From assembly GCA_001687465.1 (NCBI GenBank), contig LVLI01000638.1, forward strand, positions 1 to 50,899: a stretch of 50,899 bases of DNA, given 5' to 3'. The translations under genes were made by a program, and so were the position numbers. Shown here one piece after another: positions 12,483 through 21,846 of the stretch (the stretch's first letter is position 1; the number at the start of each line of letters is the position of its first letter). This DNA is from Halocafeteria seosinensis (taxonomy: Eukaryota). The notes beneath the pieces are model-generated. The model saw nothing but the letters and a program-made list of their open reading frames with translations, had not been told where the DNA came from and did not search any database.

Positions 12483-13592
12483 ATGTTCAACTTGTTTGGC
12501 ACAAAGAAAAAACCAGATCAGTCTGGAGAGCAACAGAATGCATCTCGGAGTGCTACTGCGCAAAAGGGGGGCGAAGAAGGCGTGCTCAAAGCGATACAGC
12601 AGTTGGACAAACAGGTTGACAAACTCGACAAAAGGTAAATACAACCTCTCAGCAGATCTTGATGGTTGAACAACGGGGAATAGCTGTATACGGTATATTT
12701 GCTTCCTCTATGTGTGTTTACTGCAGGAGAAGCCTCCTTGAAAACAGGGTAGGAAATATCAGAAGTGATGCCAAAACAAAGCTAAGGGCCAATGATAAGA
12801 AAGGTAGGAGGGTGTTGAATTCTGTCTGTTCTTGTTGCGAGTCGTCATCTCCTTATTGCAACACTCGCAGGTGCTCAACAGCTAATGATGAGGGTCAAAA
12901 ACTACCAGGACCAGCTTGATCAAATTGATAAGTTGTATTCAAAGTTATCTTATGTCCGAGGGAAGCTGGAATCGTCCAACTTAAACCGTGAGGCGGTGGG
13001 AGCCTTGAGTGCAGGAGCTGAGGGGTTAAGAAGAGTGCGTATATCGTGCACCCCGTTTGTCGTTTATGACGCTTACCAATTGAACCTCTCCGTGCTTGCA
13101 GGCAAAAGTCGACCAAAAGGAAGCTGATGCTGTCATGGATGATCTCAACGAGCAGCTGGAGGACCACCAAGATGTTCAAGATAGCTTGAATACTCGTTTG
13201 CATGGAGAGCTCGATGAGGTAAGAGACGGAAGAATCGGTGGAGTGAATGCTACAGAACGACAATATGTGGCTCTGTCTTTCTGCAGATGGATGTTAGCGA
13301 TGAAATGGAAGACTTGGAGAGAGAGATGCGTGAAGAAGACGAAGAAGCGCGGATGCTGCGAGATCCAGAGCGATCTAGTACAACCACTTCGCAGCCTAGT
13401 ACCGCCACTGGTCACGCCGAAGCTTCGGGTAAAGCGGCATCCGCAAGTGGATACAGTAAATCCAACCAGGAAAAAGCAAAAGAGTTACCAAGTGCTCCAA
13501 CCACGGCTCCTCAGTCTCAAAAACATACAGAAGAAGACGAGGACATGGACGAAGAGCTACGGCGCCTGGAAGCAGAAATGGAGATGTCGTAA
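12483..13592 (+). CDS. SNF7: ESCRT-III subunit Snf7/CHMP4-like; 5 exons
   Basis: MFNLFGTKKK start, basic helical hairpin, VDQKEADAVMDDLNEQLE, LPSAPT (MIM2-like) and acidic DEELRRLEAEM C-terminus. Confidence 0.85.
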
Positions 13593-13991
13593 CCATCGTA
13601 AGCTGATGGATATATACAGTATGGGAAACGGTTGTATTGTTGTATATATTAGAGCTATTTTTGTTTTCCTTTAAGAGATAAACATAAATGTGGACACACC
13701 CCACACATAGTTCTCGGATAGGTGGTGGACAGTAACCTAGTCTACTACCCGGTGAGGCAATGACCGCACGGAATCATGTAGGGGCACAAAACTGCCTTAA
13801 GCTTTTCCAGATTTGCTCATTTAACCACCCAAGTACTGTACTATGAGACGATATTCATGCGAAAGACTCCCGGTAAGCTGCACTTCAAGCTGCATCCTAA
13901 CTTCACACACCACGAAGCACCTCCTATATTGACGATAGCGTGTGTATTGCTTGATTTAGGCAGTGTACTCGGCCACGAAGTGGAGACTGAA

Positions 13992-15402
13992 ATGCCGCGA
14001 CATAAGAAGCACAGTAAACACCGCTCTCGATCGCGCTCGCGATCGGAGGAGGAGGGCGAAGATAGGGAGAGGCATTCCGCCACTGACAAAAAGAGCGATA
14101 ATACAACTGTTACACATAAGGGCGGTAAAGAACGGGGGCATGAGAGAAAAGACAAAAAGGAAAGAAAGCGGTCAAGGTCGAAATCCAGGTCAAGGACACC
14201 GAAGAAGCACCACAAGAAGTCATCGTCGTCTCATAAGCACGCGAAGAAGAGCAAGAGTAAGCATAAGCGTAGGAAACGTAGTTCTTCCAGGAGCTCTAGC
14301 GCTAGCGAGGGCAGCTCTTCGGGTGGAGATGAGAACGACGCTTCGTCCAATTCGTCGGAGGACTCCAAGGAGCGAAATCGACGCGAAGTCGCACAGAGGG
14401 TCAAACAATTTCAAACAGTATCAGCCGATTCGGATGATTCAGACGACCAAACCGGCACTGCCGCCAGCGCACCTACCAAGAGTGAAGAACCTAAGTATGT
14501 ACTGAGAACGTCTATTAAACTGTGAGAATGGACTGCTCAGTTAATGTTGCGTTCTCAGGAAACGAAAATCTGACAACAAGGGGAAAAAGAAAAAGAAGAA
14601 ACATCATGGACACGCCAAGGCTAAGAATGAGGGAAGTAAAGTTGTGGATCAGTCGAAGTATGTTCATGTGACAGCTTCTGTAGCCTGTATCTTACCCTCA
14701 TACTATTTGCGTGTTCAGGTTTGGAAAGTATGGCATTATCCGTGACGAAAATTTCCATGAGTAAGACAGCGTTGGATAAGCAGACTCACGCTTTGTCGGG
14801 TGACATTTTTGAAAACCTTGCAGGAAGCAACCAGAGTTCGAAGCATGGATGAGAGAAGTTAAAGGCATCAATGAGACGGCATATATGTCTAAGACGGAGT
14901 TACGGGAATACTTCTCCGAATACGCCGAAGACTATAATACCGCAACTTTGCCCTCAAAGAAGTATTACGATATCGACCACTGGGAGCGTGAACAGGTGCA
15001 GAAGAGGTCTCGAAAGGAACAAAGTGTATGTATACTGCTTTGGCCTCGTTCTTTCTACCGTCGTATTCCGGTTTCTTGCTAGTACAGGAGGCTGGATCTG
15101 CCGTTCCTTCCGCTTTTGACGATCAGAAGGCCAAGCAGCAACAGCTGCAGCAGTTAAAAGCTAAGCAAGAACAGGAAAAGATGCGAATGTACCTAGTAAG
15201 ATTTTTTTCTTCAACTTGCCTAACATTTGCTTAGTGAACGGTTACATCATGGTTTGAGGTGCTTCAGGAAAGCCTTGATCCGGAAAAAATAGAAAGTATG
15301 CGCGAACAACAACGCCTCCAGCAGCAGATGGAGTACGCATACAAGGCTGGTAACACCGATGAAGTCGAACGCATCAAGAGAAAGCTCGATCCGGATGCTT
15401 AG
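13992..15402 (+). CDS. Conserved uncharacterised protein with an RS/K-rich N-terminus and a FGKYGII...EFEAW...EDYNTATLPSKKYY domain
   Basis: Exons join via GT-AG introns. The GKYGII / EF.AW..EVK / EDYNTAT.PSKKYY block resembles an uncharacterised eukaryotic family (recalled). Ends RIKRKLDPDA*. Confidence 0.75.
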
Positions 15403-15723
15403 AATTCATCTACTATTATGCCGAAGAAAACAGCAGCTTGAAATAGCAACACGATAAGATGTGAATCGTGAATGAGGATGATGTAACTGATCGATGGCAT
15501 ATAGCTTTCTTGCGCAATCGCGTGTCAGTGCTAAAACAAATCTTACGTCTCGAGGTTGCAGACAACCGTGAAGATGCACACTTCCATTAACATAACGGAA
15601 AAATTTGTTTTGCAGATACTCACACCAGTTCGCTTAGGGACTGGTATTCAAGATGTGATTCACATAACATGCAGACTTGCTCGGTATCCATCATCAATGA
15701 TCCGTGCCGGTCGCAGTCACGAA

Positions 15724-16542
15724 TTAGCAGTGCAATTGAGGGTTTTCGGGGGATATTTCACCATAGTGCATCTCGTCGCCAAGGGAAGGACCGCTATTTT
15801 TAGGCATTGTTGTGTGGTCATTAAGATATTCCTCATTAATTGGTTCTTCGGTTCCAGAAACGGATTCCGTAATATCTTGTGGTAAGAATTGGAAGTTGCT
15901 CGGTGCCGATGAACAACTTGACTCAGACGATAAGCTAGCAAGGGCATTCCTTAGATGGTATATGACCATATCCTTGTACTGTATCATTCTGTCCTTTTCC
16001 GCCAGCTTTTCCTCCATCATTCTTATTCGCTGTTTGAGCTCGTGCCTTTCTTTCTCCTTCCTCTTCCGGCTCTCAGCGGCACTAGATCTATTCTTCAATT
16101 TCCTGGCTGCCTTCCGGGCCTCGGGTCTGTGCACGTGACAACATGCAGCTTAATGTTCTTCAAAATTGAAGTGTAGCTGAACTTACCCACTGCCTTTGGC
16201 GATGCGCTTTAGCTCCTCACTGGATAGAATGGTAGCGAACTTGTCTGTCCCCTCTGGCTCTTGGTCTTGCGAGGAAGACTCGAAACCGCTCGCCTGGGTC
16301 TTTTCGCCCAGATCATGCCTTCGCCTTTTATTAGAGATCCTGAACTGGCCATACCATTGGTTTTCACCTTCAGATATACCAGCAGCGTTAGCGTACATGT
16401 TCGAGTTCACTGAAAAGTTGCTATATCCATTCAACAACGATTCTACGAAGAGGCTGTGGTCTCCGGGTGTCTGTTCAGAGGACTCGCCAACTCCGGTGGT
16501 GGGAACACTGGCTGATTCCCACCCCTCTAGAACTTGCTCCAT
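15724..16542 (-). CDS. bZIP transcription factor; 2 exons (intron 16127-16186)
   Basis: Basic region RKAARKLKNRSSAAESRKRK (N-x7-R) followed by heptad repeats; the intron joins ORFs 16183-16542 and 15724-16134 in frame. Confidence 0.85.
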
Positions 16543-16718
16543 CTCCTTGCACTACGATAGCTTGCCGAACTGATAGAATTTTCGTCAGATATAACAGGTG
16601 GACTTCGACAAGTGGTGGAAATTAGACGTTTGGATCGTACAACCTGGCAAGACTCCTCTCAGTGCACTGGCGAACGAGTGTGTGCGCGTGTTGGTCGGCC
16701 CAAAGGGATTTCAGACAT

Positions 16719-16828
16719 TTACCCCTAGGGGTAACTTCAATCTACCCCTAGGGGTAACTTCAAACTACCCCTAGGGGTAACTTCAAACTACCCCTAGGGG
16801 TAACTCCAAATCTACCCCTAGGGGTAGA
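16719..16828. repeat. Tandem array of five perfect palindromes TACCCCTAGGGGTA, period 23-24 nt
   Basis: Copies start at 16720, 16743, 16766, 16789 and 16813; near-identical linkers ACTTCAA(A/T)C or ACTCCAAATC. Confidence 0.97.
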
Positions 16829-17256
16829 ATTTTGAGGATTGTTGCATATTTCCAAATCTCTGCCAATTACCACTTTAACACAAAGACAAAGGTTCTACAT
16901 TGTTTGATACTGTTTACGTAGTAGTTTTGTGCATACTGGGTACTGGAATATCCCGCTCCCTGTTGCAATAGAGTGATATGAGTGTTGAGGCTGAACTAAC
17001 GGAAGCTCGCGTGGAGCAGTTGCTTAGGTATGTAGTTCTTGGCCATACTTATTGATTCATTACGATTGTATTTAACCCAAGTGCGCACCAATGCCTCCTG
17101 AAAATGCCAGGGCTACCAGTAAGCTTTCCTTGCAAGAGAGCGCCCTGCTGCGGCTAAAGAAATGGGCTCTTGCTGAGCCCCTAGCTAAGAAGATAGCTTA
17201 ATTACTGTTGGTATTCTTTTAGATGGCTTTTAAGTGAACCATATTCTCTTGTACAG

Positions 17257-17663
17257 GTGATCCATACAAATGTCCACGAGCCTCCCAGTATCTCAATGAC
17301 CTATTGCTAGGGAAAAGAGTGACAACCATCCCGGAGCACAACTTGGAGTCCAAGTTGGAGATAGACAATCGCGTCACCGCCTTACGTAGGTGGGTAAGTG
17401 ATGAATCAGCTAAGAGCCGGGGGGAGCAACATCGACTGAACACAGTCAAATGGAAGGCAAGAGTAGGCGTCTGTCCCCAACAGAGCAACGGCTACGGTTG
17501 TGGCGTGTTTGTTGCTTGCCTAATGCGATCGCTAGCTATGAACATGCCGTTCACGTTTTCCCAGGGGACTATCGACACTGAAAGAGCCAATATTGCTCTG
17601 CACCTGCTGAAGTATTTTACCGCAACAAATCCAAATCGCGCTGTTGGAAGTGTCGAAGAGTAG
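17257..17663 (+). pseudogene. Truncated Ulp1/SENP (peptidase C48) C-terminal fragment
   Basis: LRRWVSDE...W...CPQQSNGYGCGVFVAC...FTFSQ matches the SENP PQQxNGxDCGVF...FSQ region; the catalytic His and Asp segments are absent upstream. Confidence 0.7.
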
Positions 17664-17833
17664 CAAGCAAGTAATTCCCCGTATTAATATATAGGTCCCG
17701 CGGTTCCTTCAATTTTGTCACGTGCTCCTTTCGGCTGTTCGCCGTAGCGGTAGACTGTGACAACGAGAGTAATTTAAATAAATTAACGAATGACCATATA
17801 AGGTTGTATGGTTTGGTAATGAGTGAAGGGGTT

Positions 17834-18010
17834 TTAGTCCTCCTCCTCCAAGTCGACGGTTGAGTAAGACCCACCTCGGACGTTACCAATTCCGTACATC
17901 CCCATCAAACGTTTGACTTTGGCATCTTCATCGAACCTGTCCTTAGCTTCGCAAGCTTCGACAATACACACGGGCTTATATTTTCGTGGTTGCCAGTATT
18001 GTGAGGAATG
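17834..18010 (-). pseudogene. Fragment of a virus-type GIY-YIG endonuclease (C-terminal half)
   Basis: Manual minus-strand translation gives HSSQYWQPRKYKPVCIVEACEAKDRFDEDAKVKRLMGMYGIGNVRGGSYSTVDLEEED*. This matches the recalled W..KYKP...E....D..DED..T..YM..YGIDNVRGGS signature; the N-terminal GIY/YIG motifs are missing. Confidence 0.7.
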
Positions 18011-18250
18011 TTAAGAGCAAAATTGATGGCGCCATCATGGCAAGTCAACCTGCGGATAGTTACCGGGATAACCAAGCGACCTGCTTCTTTCAAAAACAAA
18101 TGTCAAAATGCTGAACAAGCTTGTTTTGCCATTTATACGTTTGTTGTAACACTGATAGATGGAAGTCGGCCTTTCGTCACCTCTGCTCGAAGGCAAACGG
18201 CTACTAGTGGTTCCCATAGTCTCTCAATCCCTTATACCTTTGTGATATTA

Positions 18251-18334
18251 TACCTAGGGGTAACTCAGGTCAATCCCAAATTTCAAAAAATACTACCCCT
18301 AGGGGTAACTCAGGTCTGTCTACCCCAAATTTCA
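18251..18334. repeat. Right-hand palindrome cluster: duplicated CCTAGGGGTAACTCAGGTC...CCCAAATTTCA unit
   Basis: CCTAGGGGTAACTCAGGTC at 18253 and 18298; full TACCCCTAGGGGTA at 18294-18307. Confidence 0.9.
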
Positions 18335-19078
18335 TATAACACATTCATCTAACAAGTACTCACGCATAAAGAAGTTGTATATTCATCTGAATTTATAAAT
18401 AACCTTGTAGATGAGAATTGTCGCAAATAAGAGCAAGTGACAGGTACTTTCCAAAGGGAGTGACTTTGTGCTATCTGTTAAAGTACGCAGGATGGAACAT
18501 TAATGGTTCAATTCTAAAGAGATGGATATAAAGTTGGTGACGCTGTACGCCCACCTTGGTGTCCCTTCTAGACGTCCCTAGTTATGGGGTCTCGCCCGTT
18601 CCCCCACCGTTCAGGTGAACTTCGCGATTCGTGTTACCCAAGACTCCAGCTTGTAATCCACTCGCAATTCCAAGACCTGCGTATAGATGCTTCCGCACAT
18701 GCTATATGATATGTGGGACTTTGACACTGCCACGTTGACATACATACGTATGTACTATACATATCATGTGTCGTCCACACCAGCAGTTGCCTAAACACAT
18801 AAACCGTCGCACACTTGTTGCGTGCGACCAGCACCCACCTTCCTGCATAACGACTCGGTTATTAACGAATACCGCTACAGTACCACAATAATTAAGTATA
18901 GTAGTTGCAGTCTTGCAAGACAAAGGAACTGCTCGGCAAGGACTTCTACGACGGTTAGCTTACGATTGGATGCAGCGCGGGCGGGAGAAGCGGTGTACCT
19001 TGTACAAATTCTTGGGTGCGATAAATACCGCAGCCAAACCCTTGGATGGCTCAAAAGAGGCGAACAAGGATGTAGACA

Positions 19079-21832
19079 ATGAGAAACTCCAAGGACAACA
19101 AGTCACCTAAAAAGTTCCTGTCGGCCCGAGAAAATATTGAGGCGGCCGAGAGCAGAGTATCCAAGAGATTGAAGAAACAGCGCGCACGATGGATGTTCGA
19201 GAAGAATGTATGGGCAACTTCCCATCCAGTAAATTCCACTTCGGTGCAATCTCCTTCCCGAAAGAGTCGTCAAACTGTCCCCGAGAAGCCGAAGACGAAC
19301 CGTGGTAAATTGCACGAAGGACCGCGCCATCTCAGGTTACGCCTGGGAATCGACCGCGTCGCTTCGCATATGATCGCGAATTACGACCATACTCAGGTTG
19401 CACACTACCCAAACATGGAAGAAGTGCTCCATGAGTCAACCGTAAAGTTAGTGAACTATGAAGAGAAGTTGCAACGTTTTGCCCATGAAACGGAATTAGA
19501 AAGGCGGCTGGCTTCAGAAAAAGTGTCGAGCGCGATTTTTCGTCAAAACCAAGAAAGATTGGAGGAAAGCGCCAATGTTCCAAGATTGCCTGTGACAACG
19601 GAAAGAAGCTTTTCTAGTCCAAGAACAAGCGCCAGAGATGGTACAACAGAAACCGTAGAAGATGACACCGGCACCCCACAATTAGTAGCTAACCGACAAA
19701 GCAAACAACGCACTGATAGCAAACCAAGAAGACAATCGTTTAGTGAACAGTATCTCCAGAGCATTAAAGCAAAGAACCCCAATAGGATGTTGAGGATAAA
19801 AGATCTCCCCTCGAACCTCGTGACTAGCGCATATTCTATCAGTCCGTCCTCCGGACGATTACTGAAGAAATATCAAAACTCTGAAAATGCGGATGCTGAT
19901 GGGAACCCAAAAGTGTCGTATGAAGAGAGGTAAGTAACGAGAAGCGAACCGTCAACGTCGTCTAATAACGGCTCTCTCGTGAAATATTCTTGCCCCATAT
20001 GCAGGATTCATAGGAGAGCTTTACGAAGGGTTGCGTTCGAGACTCTACACATGCGTAAAGTTGCATGGTTAATACTCTTGAAGGTGGGAGCTGCACTGTA
20101 TGATTTACAGTGCGGAATCACGAAACATGCAGCAGAAAAAACCTTCCGCAACTTGCACAATCCATACGTCTATAAACTGCAACGATGGTGGAAGGCGATG
20201 CGCTTTAAGCTGGAGGTAACTCGAGCGCAATCGCGACGACATGCTGCCGCAGAACTCCTGAAACGATGTCTCCGGTATGTTGAGATGCTGCGCTTGGCAA
20301 TGCGGAGGCTCTTCTCGTAAATCTGTTTCACTTGCAGCCACCGAAAAACAGGAAGAGACGCATTATCAAAAACCCTGGAAGCTTGGCGACTGCGTGTTAA
20401 GTCATGTCAGCGCTACATCAGAAGCTACCTTCAGATTTCAAGATTGCGGAGACAGATTCTTGGATGCTTCTGGGACGATCTTGCCCTGAAGTATTTCGAG
20501 AAGCGAGCTAACAGGTCCCTTACAAAAGAGCTACAAATCAACAAGAAGCTATTTGCCTCAAACAGTACCACGAAGCACCGAACGCAGTACATTCCGAGGC
20601 AGCAGAGGCGGTCATCAGCTCCTTCGGTGATGCATGAACGGAGGATTCTGACACACAGTAGGAACAAGGGGCTGACTCGTTATGCCTCTGTTTTCAGCTT
20701 CTTGCCCAAAAAGGCTGCTACCCACATGGTTCGACAACAAAAATTTGCCTTGCCTCACATTCACGACTTCTTTGAGGAGGCAAAGAAGTACTCAATGACA
20801 AGCATAACAGCAGCTCCACAAACAAGCTCCAACGCCTCGGCGACATACATTTTAAGCACATTCGTCGGAGGCACGACTGCTCGCAAAGACACTCACCAGT
20901 CCGATCCCACGTTCCTGCAATCTTCACAAAGCGCTCCCGTTCTGCGAACGAGAAGGAAAAAAGTCCGAAATAAAACGTACCATGCTAGTCGACCGCATAG
21001 AAATCACACGGAGATGCGAACTGGTTTAATTGAACATCGCCTTGAGAGCGCTTTATTTGAGAGAATAGGCGGCCGCGCCACACAGAGTCAGACGTTCAAG
21101 CAGCTGATGGAAGAGCTACAGCGAACCTTGAGCTTATCAACTCGGCTCGGATCTTGGGAGACGTTTGGTGCTTTGATTCGCACGTATTTCAAGAATCGGC
21201 CACGTAAAAAGGATGTCCTGGAAGCGAAGCTTCGCCATCTACCTTGGTCGATGCATCCCGTCCTGCCTTCGCCGCTGCTGAAGTACGTTGCTATCGATTT
21301 CTTGCTTCGCATGGCGCGACGTGACTTCTCTTCACAAATCAAAAACTGGAAAAAAAGCCAACTTATTCAGCAGCAACGACTACTATCCGTTTCCCTCGAA
21401 GATACGCACGAACTTATCGCGTCTGAACGTTCTGCATCTAATAAATTTCTTGAGGATAAGTATACGAAAGCCTCCTCTGGGATGAAAGCTCCGAGCCTCC
21501 TCTTGTTTGCCACTCTTAAAGACATTTGGGATCGAAGTTCCCCAGAATGCATATTCGCTTGAATCCAAGAATTCGAAACTACGGTACGAACGGCGGTCTG
21601 GAGAAGTACGCACCAGGGAGTCTACTCTGAGCAAACCATGTCAGCTGAACGCAGGCGCATTTTCGCTTCAATAAAGCAACGGAAACGTGAGAGTGAAGCT
21701 ACAGACGAGAATCGAAAGTCCCTGCACCAGTGCGTGCGGTTTCTGCTGGACCCCTTCGTCCGAATTACTACTGTCTTGGCACAGGAAGCATGGCAGGGAT
21801 TTACAACAGATCCAGACATTGATATACGGTAA
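19079..21832 (+). CDS. Large basic hypothetical protein with IQ-like motifs; 3 exons; in-frame TGA at 21560-21562
   Basis: ORFs 19079-19933, 19979-20320 and 20444-21562 are linked by GT-AG introns; IQ-like KLQRWWK and CQRYIRSYL. The frame stays open after the TGA until 21832. Confidence 0.6.
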
Positions 21833-21846
21833 TCATCATCTTGCGC

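Larger units (their letters stand above)
16719..18334. mobile_element. Putative degenerate, non-autonomous mobile or viral element bounded by palindrome arrays; boundaries approximate
   Basis: The same palindrome motif occurs at both ends and was not seen elsewhere in the window. The interior holds truncated Ulp1 protease and GIY-YIG nuclease relics. No TSD identified. Confidence 0.65.

Noticed and set aside
16719..16828. CRISPR array
   Set aside because: Repeats are only 14-18 bp, the 9-10 nt linkers are nearly identical rather than unique spacers, there are no cas genes, and the context is eukaryotic
16719..16828. Telomere or interstitial telomeric repeat (TAGGGG/CCCCTA)
   Set aside because: Units are head-to-head palindromes separated by linkers, not tandem same-strand hexamers
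16719..18334. Fanzor/TnpB or intact transposase
   Set aside because: No RuvC, DDE, HUH or reverse transcriptase motifs were recognised in the frames read
21560..21562. Genome-wide TGA=Trp or selenocysteine recoding
   Set aside because: TGA terminates other genes here (MRT4, the 34933 gene), conserved Trp positions use TGG, and no Sec-type redox motif surrounds the codon
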